From: Cyanophora paradoxa CCMP329
Lineage: Eukaryota > Plantae > Glaucophyta
NCBI GenBank assembly: GCA_004431415.1
Contig: QPMI01000047.1
Span: forward strand, 1 to 64,000
Length of the DNA stretch: 64,000 nt
Direction: 5' to 3'
Of the stretch, positions 18,613 through 29,504 are shown one piece after another. The stretch's first letter is position 1, and every line of letters begins with the position of its first letter. The position numbers and the translations under genes are program-made. The notes below the pieces were generated by a model. That model had not been told where the DNA came from. It did no database searches and saw only the letters and a program-made list of their open reading frames with translations.

Positions 18613-18887
18613 TTGCAGGCTTGCCAAAGTTGCAGCCTGGCAGCTGCAGGCTGCCGCAGTGCAGGCTGTGCAGCTGCAGGCTGCAGCCTGCAGCCTGGCA
18701 GGCTGCATGCGCGCGCAGGCTGCAGCCTGCAGGCTGCATGGCAGTGCATGCGCGCGCAGGCTGCAGCCTGCCGGCGGGCTGCCGGGCAGTGCCGGCTGAA
18801 GGCTAGCCGCTAGCCGCTAGCGGCTAGCCGCTAGCTGCTAGCGGCTAGCCTGCAGAGCTGCAGCCTGTAGGCTGCAGGCTGCAGGTG
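18613..18887. repeat. Low-complexity CTGCAG/GCTAGC palindromic array
   Basis: Repeated (GG)CTGCAG(CC) and GCTAGCC units. Confidence 0.8.
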
Positions 18888-19063
18888 CATATGAGACGAA
18901 TCGTTTCGATAAGAACAAATTCAAACCAAGTTGGCCAATCGTACTCCGCAGAAACTTCAGGGCCAATATTTAATCATGACCATCGATATCGCGCACAGAC
19001 GAATCGAAGGTCTTCGATAACATGTACAACAACTTCAAAACGCCTTTCATGATCCACAGGGAC

Positions 19064-19310
19064 CACAGCTCGTTTTGTTTACCGGTCGACCCGACACAAC
19101 CGAATATCATAGTATCCGGTTTTGTAAAATTCCCCTCGGGTATTAGGAATTCCCCGGCGCAAGCTAGTGCAATCTACCCGCTAGCATGCCGGCTACAACA
19201 TGTAGCTTGGGCGCTAGCCGCCTAGCTTCGGGTGAAAGTTATCGCGATCGCCGGCTACCCTTGCCCATATCCGGGCCGTGTTGGGCCGATTAGGAAAAAA
19301 ACGAGCTGTG
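19064..19310 (+). mobile_element. MITE with CACAGCTCGTTT terminal inverted repeats, copy 1
   Basis: CACAGCTCGTTTT ... AAAACGAGCTGTG; internal sequence matches 20414..20655 in reverse. Confidence 0.7.
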
Positions 19311-19417
19311 TGATAAAGTTTCATCTAGCAAGCTTCCCTTCACACCATCAACCGTTAATGGCCAATCGCTGACCATTGAGAATTGAGAATTTGAGACTTG
19401 CGAGATCTAGAGCTTTG

Positions 19418-19920
19418 TAGAGCTGCGGCTCGAGCTAAAAACCCGCGGCTCGAGCCAGCTCGAGCCGGCCCACTCCAGCCTCGAGCCAGCTCGAGCCCGG
19501 CTCGAGCCGGCCCAGGGGGGGTACCTGGTCCCGGACTTCGGCGCGCGGAGCTGAGAGAACTTGACCTCTAGCTCGTGCGAATACATGCAGAAAGCACATA
19601 ATAATACAGAGTAGAGGTAGGCTAGCCTGTATTTGATGAATTAGGCCCGCGAAGTCGACACGAGCTAGAAATGAGAAGTTTACGTACGTCAGAGGCCGCA
19701 CCTCTAGATCTCCCCCCCCGGCTCGAGCCCTGGCTGGCCGGCTCGACCTAGCTCGCCCCCTCTAGATCTGGCTCGAGCCAGCCCTCCCCTCTCGGCTCGA
19801 GCTCGAGCCGCCGGCTCGTGCGAGCCGCCCCTCGCCACGAGCCGGCTCGAGCCGGAAAAAAGGTCGGCTCGAGCCGGGCTCGCTCGAGCCAGGCCCGCTC
19901 GATCGCGAGCCGAAGCTCTA
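19418..19920. mobile_element. Non-autonomous TIR element (hAT-like ends) with CTCGAG subterminal arrays
   Basis: TAGAGCTGCGGCTCG ... CGAGCCGAAGCTCTA termini and many GCTCGAGC units near both ends; no exact TSD. Confidence 0.55.
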
Positions 19921-20413
19921 GCGAGCTTCGCGCCTTGCAATATCGATCAAATTAAAATTCATCAATCGCCTTTCATATGAGATCACTTGGTAAGCGGCAG
20001 GCTCCGGCACTGCGGCAGCTGCGGCACTGGAATTCGATATTCGAAGATGAACCACTCGCGATCATCGGATCGCGATCGCCTCCGCCCGCTGCAGCTGGTC
20101 AATGAAAACCTCTGAAAGATGAGTGTAGCCTACTGTAGAACTAGTTAACATTGTCAACTTAACAAGCAGGGGGGCAAGCCCCCCCGCACCCCCCCATTTA
20201 CTGGTGATCATTGCGCGGCTAAGAGAAGCACGCCCAGTGCAGACCTGAGCAGGCAGGTCGATGGCAAGAGGCTGAGCAGCACCAGTGCGACGGAGCAGCA
20301 GAGTCTCGGTAGGATTGAGTACAGAGGGCACAAATATAGCACTAGACACAAGCAGGGGGGGCTCCGCCCCCCCCGCACCCCCCCCGCTTGCTAGCTGGGT
20401 ACAGACCGTACAG

Positions 20414-20655
20414 CACAGCTCGTTTTTTTCCCAATCGACTCGACATGCCCGTTGTATGGGCAAGGGCAGCCGGCGATCGCGATAACTTTTCACCCGCTTC
20501 GAGCCGGCTAGTGCGCCAACGTCAGCTGCAGCTGCATGCAGCGTGTAGCCGGCAAGCTACCGGGTAGATTAGTGCTAGCCCGGTCCCAGCCAACCCAATA
20601 GCCGAAGAGCGATGTTGGGTGAACTTGGGTCGACCGGTAAAAAAAACGAGCTGTG
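20414..20655 (-). mobile_element. MITE with CACAGCTCGTTT terminal inverted repeats, copy 2 (inverted, diverged)
   Basis: Same TIRs; shares AAAGTTATCGCGATCGCCGGCTRCCCTTGCCCATA and TTACCGGTCGACCC with copy 1. Confidence 0.7.
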
Positions 20656-21752
20656 AGCTATAAGTCCATGGATTTAAATTGACCAATCACGAAATCGCTA
20701 GAGTTTCCGACTGGGACTTTTTGACTCGACTCGCCGTAGTAAGCAATTTTGACGTACCCAGCCTTTTTGATTAAATTGTCCAATCACCAAATCGCCCGAG
20801 TTTCAGACTGAAGCTTTTTGACTCGACTCGCTGTAGTGAACAATTGGCGTTTTCCGCCAGCGAAAGGGTCCCATGGGTACACGAAACCACAGTACTATGC
20901 GGGCTGGAACCGCTTGTTTTTTTACTACTCAACAAATGAAATGGACAAATACACCATTGGGCAAGGTTTCCAGTGGCATTTTTTTGCTTCTCCAAGCTCA
21001 GACCAGCCGTAGTTCGCAGGTCCCAAATGTCAAATTTGGCAGCAAAAGGTAAGCGGCGTTTGCCGAGTTGCAATTTCCCAGCCTGGCCTGGTACTGTGGT
21101 GAAAAGGTACTATAGTTCATTGTACTACTGTTATAGCTGCAGCGAGGCTAGTCATAGTGCTAGGGCTATTCTGAGCGTGCTAAGATGGTCGCTGGACCAG
21201 ATGGCAACGCGTACAAGGGTACATGTACAGGCCCAGAGGACAGGGCTAAATAAGGGAGCAGAGGGCCAGAGGCCAAGGGCCTAGCTAAGAGCTAGAGGAC
21301 TAGCCGACGAGCCGAGCGAGTCGGAAAGTGGATGGCACATCATGACTGTCGGACATAGCGATCGCGCGCGAAATTTTTTAAAGAAATTTACATGCAGACG
21401 TTTTCATGACAAAAGAATAATATTAATCTTCCTCTGCTTCATCTAGATATCTCGCTACTTCAGAATCCTTCACTACTTCGGTAGTACTGAGTATACGGTT
21501 GCGCTACTTCAGAATCCGGAGCGGGCCCGGGGTGCTCATGATCAGCGGCTTCGACAGAATCACTGAGAGTCATGATCATGATCACTGCTTTCGCTAGCGC
21601 TGCGTTGACTTCGAATTCACCTGCTGATGTGCTCCGTCGTGCGCAGCAGCGCTAGCTATATATATATAGCAACATGTGCAGCAGCACTAGTATGTACGTA
21701 AGCTATGTACGCGGTTAAACGTTGTTTATTTATAAGCGCAACTGCGGCAAAG

Positions 21753-23055
21753 ACAGCTGCCAGCGCTAGCGCCGCTGCTGGCCAGTGGCAGCCTGCTGCC
21801 GCTGCTCATGCCATGATGATCACCGGCTGCCGCAGTGCCTAACATGTACAGTAGCAGTAGTAGACCGTACAACGTGGCACAGCTGCAGCTAGACTGCAGT
21901 GTGCATATGCATGCGCACGTGTTTCCCGGGACTCCGGGAGTCCGCTACTTTTCGCTATCCGCCACTTGAGCTGTCCGACGGTCCGTTACTTTCCGGAAAC
22001 GTCCGTTATCCGCCACTTTCCGTTACTTCCGTTAAACGTTATCTGGCTGATTCTGGCAATAATATCTGCCGGCCACTTTCCATGCACGCCGGCGCCACAC
22101 TGTGACAGCGCGCGGCGCCGGCGCGGCCGGCGCTGGCGCCGCGCGCTACCGTATATAAACGACTATTAAACGTACGCGCGTCGCGCGCTGTACGCGCGCG
22201 GGGCGCCGGGTCAAAGATGATGATTGATGACGTCATGTCAGCTGACAAGGTGGGGTACCGTAGGAAACGAGCGTCACGGTACGTACATGTGATCATGATT
22301 CATGAGTCGAAAGGCTCAGAGCTTGAGGCAAGTCTTATTTGTAGCCAATTTTGAAATACAGTTCCAGCGGGGTAATAGCTCAGTGGTAGAGCGCATCGTT
22401 CGCACAGCTGCCAGCGCTAGCGCCGCTGCTGGCCAGTGGCAGCCTGCTGCCGCTGCTCATGCCATGATGATCACCGGCTGCCGCAGTGCCTAACATGTAC
22501 AGTAGCAGTAGTAGACCGTACAACGTGGCACAGCTGCAGCTAGACTGCAGTGTGCATATGCATGCGCACGTGTTTCCCGGGACTCCGGGAGTCCGCTACT
22601 TTTCGCTATCCGCCACTTGAGCTGTCCGACGGTCCGTTACTTTCCGGAAACGTCCGTTATCCGCCACTTTCCGTTACTTCCGTTAAACGTTATCTGGCTG
22701 ATTCTGGCAATAATATCTGCCGGCCACTTTCCATGCACGCCGGCGCCACACTGTGACAGCGCGCGGCGCCGGCGCGGCCGGCGCTGGCGCCGCGCGCTAC
22801 CGTATATAAACGACTATTAAACGTACGCGCGTCGCGCGCTGTACGCGCGCGGGGCGCCGGGTCAAAGATGATGATTGATGACGTCATGTCAGCTGACAAG
22901 GTGGGGTACCGTAGGAAACGAGCGTCACGGTACGTACATGTGATCATGATTCATGAGTCGAAAGGCTCAGAGCTTGAGGCAAGTCTTATTTGTAGCCAAT
23001 TTTGAAATACAGTTCCAGCGGGGTAATAGCTCAGTGGTAGAGCGCATCGTTCGCA
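21753..23055 (+). repeat. 651-bp tandem duplication (apparently identical copies)
   Basis: Units 21753-22403 and 22404-23054; identical ORF translations offset by 651 in the ORF track. Confidence 0.95.
22369..22404 (+). pseudogene. 5' half of tRNA-Ala(CGC), truncated by the duplication junction
   Basis: GGGGTAATAGCTCAGTGGTAGAGCGCATCGTTCGCA then unrelated sequence. Confidence 0.9.
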
Positions 23056-23091
23056 TCGATGAGGCCCGGGGTTCAATCCCCCGTTGCTCCA
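23020..23091 (+). tRNA. tRNA-Ala, anticodon CGC
   Basis: 72-nt cloverleaf: acceptor GGGGTAA/TTGCTCC with G3:U70, anticodon arm CATCG-TTCGCAT-CGATG, T arm CGGGG-TTCAATC-CCCCG, discriminator A, no encoded CCA. Confidence 0.96.
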
Positions 23092-23890
23092 TTTCCGCTG
23101 TTTTCCGCGTGGTTCAACTCCGCATGGCTCCATTTCTGCGCGAAGAAGCTAGTTGTCGATCGCGGCGCACCGTGGCACGCGCTGCAGAGCCTATAGGTTA
23201 TAGCTAGCTCGTTGGCGCTGGCAGTCGCGGCCGCGGCTCAGCGTCCGATGGTCTGGCCGCGGACTCCGGGACCGCGCGCGCGCGGGCGGCCGCGGCCGCC
23301 GGGCCGGCGCCCGCGGCAGGCCCGGCGCCGGCGGGCGCCGCGGCGCGCGTTACCGGTACCCGAGCTCGACTCGGTACGTATACTCGAGCGGCGGTCTGGA
23401 TCCATTCTGGCCGTGGCTCCTGTTCATTCCTGTACTTGCAATTGTAGCTGTGCACACACGCGTACACGTGTGCGTGGGCACCGTGGCACACTGTGACATG
23501 TACAGCTGCAGGGAGCGCTAGCGCTATAGCTAGCCACGCCATCGCGCGCCCCCGCTCAACGCTTGTCGCCCCTGGCCGCGGCCGGCGCGCGCCCCGCGGC
23601 CGGCAACTTAGCGGCTAGGTCTACTAGCTACGTATGTTCGTGCTACATATGTCCCGTACGAACATACGTAGCTAGATCGATATCGACTCTGATCGTGATC
23701 CGATGATCATGAACTCTTCAAGGCTTGACGTCGACATGCTGCTCTACATTTCACTGCATGCCGCAGTGCAGACAAACACTTTACAGGCATAGCGCTCTGG
23801 ATACTAACGAGATCGAGCGAATTCGAAGAGCAGCAGCAGAAGGTACTCAAGGCTGGGCGGCCGGGGCCCCCGGGGCCCCCGGGGCGTCAG

Positions 23891-25576
23891 TCAGCGGAAG
23901 AGGGTGCGGACGACGAGGAAGCCGACGGATAGGGCGAGGTACGCGAGGCGGGAGAGGAGGGCGGGGGTCACGGGCGCCCCCAGCACCCGCCACCCCTGCG
24001 GCGCCGCCCCGAAGAACCGCAAGAAGTCCCGAGCTTCTTCAAGGGCGGGATCGGAGCGCGAGGAAGAGGAGGGGGAAGGGGCGAGGAGGAGGCGCCCGGC
24101 GGCGGCGCGGACGTCGAGGCAGGCGGAGGAGACGGCGGCCATGGGGCCGAGGAGGAGGGCGGCGAGGGCGAGGTCGGCTGGGGCCGCGTACAGGAGGACG
24201 GGGTCCCAGCCCCCGTCCGGGTCCACCAGGACGGCGTACAGGAAGAAGGCGACGTACCCCCCTATCAGGAGGACCTCCAGCGACACGAAGAGCTGCGAGG
24301 CCGCCACCGCTGCGCCGAAAGCGTCGGGGGGGGGATGGGGGTGTTCCAGGGGGGTACGCCCCGCGCACCGGAGTCGATGAGGCGGGAGGCAGCGGCGTAG
24401 CGGGCGAGGGCGGCGCGGGCGCGGGGCCCCGGGGGCCCCTCCGCGGACAGCTCCCGCGCGCAGTCCAGGACGACCCTAGGGGGGATGGAGTCGGCGGCCG
24501 GGGGGGAGGGGACAGGAAGGGGGGTACGGGTGCGGACTCGCGGTAGAGGAGGCACTCGGCGACGAGGAGGCCGAGGGGTACGAAAGCAGCGGAGAAGGAG
24601 ACGAGGACGGCGGCCGAGGTGCCCGCCAGCAGGCCCGCCGTCGCCGCCCGCGAGGCGTACCTGTTCGGGGGGGTATGAGAATGAATGCGGGGGCCGGGGG
24701 GGGGGGTACGCGGAACGCACGCGGAGCTGGCGCTGAGCCACCAGGCGACGACAATCGTGAGGCCGGCCGCCAGGGCGAACAGCACAACGCCCGATAGCCC
24801 GACGCTGGCGGCGGGAGGCGTCGGGAGGCGTCGGGAGGCGGCGGGAGGCGGCGGGGGCGGGGCGGGGGGCGTGGGGCGCACCGAGTGACGAGGCGGGCGC
24901 GGCGCCGGCAGACGGCGCCGCCGGCGGCCGCTTCCGCCATCGCGCGCTCGAGCCGCCGCGCCGAGCAGAAGTGGAGGCCGAAGAGGTACGGCCAGACGAA
25001 GAGGAGCGCGATGAAGGGGATCGCCCCGCTCTGCTTGACCGAGCCGGCGTCGGCGGACGCGGCGGAGGCGGCCGCGTACGTGAAGACGTCGAGCGAGAGC
25101 ACGAGGAGGACGTGCAGGCAGTGCCCGGGGGACGCCAGGCGACCGCCCTTCGCGGGCGGCTGCAGCGCGAGGAGCCGCAGCGCGGCCCGGACGATCGGCG
25201 GGAGCTGAGGGAGATTCTCGGCCTGCCGCCGCTGCGTTGGGCCCTCCTCTGGCTCGGGTTCGGCGAACGCCGCCACTCGGAGCTTTGCGGCGGCGCCGGC
25301 CGCGGGGCGGAAGCCGTCAGCTCCAGCCGCAAAGGCCCCGTGGCTCGACTTATCCGCGTACGTTCGCTCCAAATCCGCATCCCCCGCCGCGGTCGGCGCG
25401 GCGCGGGGGGCGAGGCGTTCGAGCTCGCTGCATTCGTCGGCCGATGGCGCGAGAGCAGCTGGGCCGGGATCTGGCCAGACAGCGTATGAAGGGCTCTGAG
25501 GATACTGCTGAGCGTCGATATCTGACACCTGGATCGCCGCTGGCGTGCCGCGCGTCCGAGCTCGACCGCTGTTCAT
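23891..25576 (-). CDS. Multi-pass membrane protein, gustatory-receptor-like / DUF3537-type 7TM ion-channel candidate (spliced)
   Basis: Several hydrophobic exons with GT-AG introns. C-terminus ARDFLRFFGAAPQGWRVLGAPVTPALLSRLAYLALSVGFLVVR resembles the TM7a/b signature of that superfamily. Confidence 0.6.
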
Positions 25577-25848
25577 CCAAATCTCCGCCCGCTGCACTGC
25601 GCACGCCCTCTCGCTGCTGACGCTGCAATGGACACAGCTAGCTTAGACTAGCAAGCGGTACTGGCGGCGGTGGCGAGAAAGGCCAGGTCGGCGACGACAC
25701 ATGAGCCTCGCTTATTCTGTACCCGATGGCTGATGATTTCGTGCTGTACCCCAGCTGCTTCGACAGAGTTCGATTCGGAGCACTCTTTTTTTTTCTCTAG
25801 CGACGCCACCGACGCGTGCGCTTAGCGCCACACCGCGATCGCGTAAAG

Positions 25849-27328
25849 ATGGCGGATTTCGTGCCTGGCGTGGGCCCGGACGTCGCCGGAATGGTGCCTG
25901 GCGAGGGCCCAGCTCCGCCCGCTCCGGCGCCAGCGCCCGTGTACGGCGGCGCGGGCCCGTTCATACCTGCGCCTCCGTCGGATCAGTGCCCGGCCGGATA
26001 TGGCCTCATCGACCCCGCCGCTCCCGGCGCGCCGCCGGCGTTTATGCGTTTCAAGCCCGCCAACGCAGGCCTGGTGCGTGCTTGGCCTGGCCGGCCGTCA
26101 CGCCGACGTCACGGCAGGCAAAGCCGCGCGCTCGCAGTCCGTTTAACGAAGATAAATTTGCCATATGCATAATGCGGCGGGTTGCGCGCGGCTCGAACTT
26201 TCGGAATTAATTAACTTTTGAATTCCCCGCGCAGTTCTGGTGCTCGAGCTCCCGAGTCCACGAATCTGCCCGCCAACTCGTTGTGCTCCGCTAATTATAA
26301 GGTGTTGCCGCGCGTTCCGCGCTCAGGAAGTGGCAATACCAGCAGACTTTGGTTCCTCATCCCGTCTGCTGCCCGACCGACCGCTCTCAGCCGAGGTGAT
26401 TGCCCGTCGACGCCACGGCCGCGCGCGGGACGGATTTGATCGAGATTCCACACAGATTCCTCGTGGTCAAAAGCGCGGCGGCCCCCACGACCGGGTACAA
26501 CCCGAACATTTACTGCTGCGACTCTGCTCAGAACGCGCTCGGCCGCGGCGTCCACGTGCCGCGAGTGCGGCCCCGCCCGCTCCGCATGAATAAATCGATC
26601 GATCTAGATCTCGCGAATTGCAGTGAATATCTCCGCACGCGCCCTAATATAATCCGTTCCCAAAGAACAGCAATGAAGTGGAGCGGGCGCTAAAGAATTC
26701 ATGCCGCAAACGTGCGCACACGCCGGCGTCCCCCCCACCCACCCACCCAACCTCCTTCCGTGACTGCGCGCGCGCGCCCGTGCAGCCGGCTTGTTCACGA
26801 GGGCTTCCAAGAGCCAGGGCCACCTGGGCAAGGCGGCGCTCCCGTTCGACACGCAGGGGCGGGTGCAGGAGATCAGGCGGGAGGTCCTCCAGCATAATCT
26901 CGCGTGCGCCCTCTCTTTAGCTAAGATCCGGCCATTCAATGATTGCCAGGCTGTCCATGTACATTATAGAGCTGCCCGCTCGCGATCGCCGGCGGGGCCG
27001 TGATCGAAGCCGGCGCCGGGGCGCAGGCGGGCGGGCTGGGACGTCGACCTGCAGGCCGACGCCTACACCCAGTACACGGCCCCCGAGGAGGACTTCGCGG
27101 AGGACCCGGCGCCCGGCGCCCTCGCAGCCGCAGCCGAGGTCCGCTCGGGTTCTAATCAGCCGCGTTGGCCGGGGCCCGGGGCTCAAGCTTGGAGCTGACG
27201 TTGACGGCTTGGCGCAGGAGGAGGGGGCGGAGGGCTTCGCGGCGGCGGGCGACGAGGCGGCGGCGGCCCTCTTCGCGTTCGACGCCGCCGACGCCGACGG
27301 CGGCGCCCGCGGCCTCCAGCTGCTCTAG
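25849..27328 (+). CDS. Hypothetical protein (Pro-rich N-terminus, acidic C-terminus; spliced)
   Basis: MADFVPGVGPDVAGMVPGEGPAPPAP.. followed by GT-AG-bounded coding-like blocks ending GARGLQLL*. Confidence 0.4.
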
Positions 27329-27588
27329 AACCGCACCCGAGCCCGGCGCCGGCGGCGCCGGCTGCAGCCGTCGCGCGCGTCGCGGTCGCTTAGCTTTAAT
27401 TTGTATGGCACGTGCAATCATGTAATGGCTTTGTTTGAAAAACGGCACTGGTATCAAGGATTTCAATTGAGATTACCAAATAAACCTCGGGACTGGATCT
27501 AATTAAAAACTACGTCTTCAGCGCCTGCTGCGAAGAAATTTACAAAAACGATGTCAATACGTATCCGGAATCTGAAGTGCAAGTGTGG

Positions 27589-29021
27589 TCAAACGAGCGA
27601 ATCTGAGCTGGGGCCCCGGCTGAACGCGACTGCCTCCGCCGCGGGCGGGTGCGCGTGCGCGTGCGCGTACGTAAACGCCGCCGGGGGGGCTCGAGCCGGC
27701 GCCTGCGCCTGCGCTGGGGCGCCCTTCAGCTTGCACCCCGGCTCGCCGGCCGCCGAGCCTGCCGAGGGCGCCTGCGCGAGGCCCATCTCGAGGCTCGCCG
27801 CCTTCGCGTCCGCTGTCGCGCCCGCCGCAACCTGCGCGCCCCGGGTTCGAATCCGGGCGGGCCCCTTTGATTTAAAACCAGTACAAACCTCGAGCTGGAG
27901 GCGGGCGAGGAGGGGGCCCGGGTGGCAGGCGAGGAGGACCGCCACAGCCACCGCCACCAGAATCGAGTCGAACGCGTAGAAGAGGACCTGGGGTTACAGG
28001 AAATTAGAGGGGGGTACGGGACTTTAAGAGTGGGGGTACGGCGAGGCACCTCGCTGGTGGAGATGGAGCTCTCGCGGCCCGAGGCGAACTCGATCGTGCG
28101 GAAGAAGTTCCGGATCGAGACGAGCCCGATGCCGACGAAGAGGCCCCAGAACACCTGTACCCCCGTGAGCGAGAGCTCGTACCCCGGGTGGCGGAGGGGG
28201 AGAACGGACCCGCCGTGCCCCGGAGAGCCTGGAGACGCCGGTCTTGGGCGTGACGTACACCCACACGGCCACGAAGAAGAAGAGGCCAAAAAAAGCGAGC
28301 TGGGGGGCGGGCGGGCGGGCGTCAGACCCGGGTTCGAATCCAGGAGGGCCCGGGGGCGGGGCGCAGGGGTACCTGGGCGACCAAGCCGATGATCTCGATG
28401 GCCATACCCGTGTTGTAGAGCTCGGGGCGGGTACCCGCCACGCCGAGGAAGCCCCCGCCCGCGCACTGGATCGTCAGCGTGACCGCGTCGCTGCGCGGGC
28501 GCGCGGGCGGCGTCAGCGGCGGGGCGAGGCGAGGCGAGGCAGGGGGGGAAGAGTTCGAACCTCGCGCCGAAGAGCTTTGCGATGAGGGGGGAGCGGAGGC
28601 GGCCGACGCGCTGGACGCCCGAGGCGGCGAGGACGCGCCCCACCGTGATGTAGCACGCGACGGCGAGCAGCGTCGGCGTGATGATCAGGAACAGCTGCAT
28701 CACCTGCGAGCGGGCGGGCGGGCGCGCCGAGCGTAAGCGCTCGCTGCAGAGCGAAGACAGATCGAATTCTTTACGTGGGCGCACGAGGAAGTTGTTGAAG
28801 CCTGGCTTGCCGACGGCGTCGACGCGTGCGATGTAGCCGGCGGCCTCCAGGAACGACGTCACGGGGACGAGCAGCATGTAGTACGAGCGCGTCTTCAGCG
28901 AGAGGACAACGCCCACGACCGTGAGGATGAGGTATACGACGAGCGCGGCGATCGCAGCGCCGCGGGATGGCTCGTAGCCGAAATACCGCTCGAGAAGAAC
29001 GTGCCGCATCGTCTCGTCCAT
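27589..29021 (-). CDS. RTA1-like (lipid-translocating exporter family) membrane protein (spliced)
   Basis: YFGYEPSRGAAIAALVVY..LEAAGYIAR..QLFLIITPTLLAVACYITVGR..LVSIRNFFRTIEFASG..FFYAFDSILV..ACHPG. Confidence 0.85.
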
Positions 29022-29504
29022 CGCGGCTGCTGCGGTTGGCTCGCGTACGTGCGCGCGGCTGGTTCGATCGGCTGGCCGGGGCTTAGCTAGCGTTCAGGGC
29101 GAGCTCGAGGTTGGTTGGGGTAGCTCGTCGATGCGATCCTCCACTTCGGTCTTTGGCGGACACGGGAGCGGGCTGGGCGAGCTGGGAGCGTCTGGCGCGC
29201 CGCTGGCTGCCAGATCTAGAGGCGAGAAGGAGCAGGTGACTGTACTGCATCGCTGCGCGACCGCAGGTGATGGGAGGAGGCGCGCGTGATCCTGTCGGAT
29301 GAAGTCGGGAGCTGTGGCGAGAGCGCTGTCGAAGCTGTCGACACCACTCGACACCATTGAATCAGTTTCTCTTTTTTGCCGCGAACGAAGTCTGCGTGTA
29401 CCCGGCAACGAAGGCCCAAGACCGCCCTCCTCTGCACGCGTAAGCACCAGCGATCGACGAGGCAGCTCCCAGACAGCTTCTTAGCCAGCTGAGCGAGCAG
29501 CCGC

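Noticed and set aside
27841-28345. CCGGGTTCGAATCC B-box-like words (27841, 28328) and one at ~16720 as tRNA genes
   Set aside because: No A box or cloverleaf nearby; two lie inside RTA1-like gene introns.
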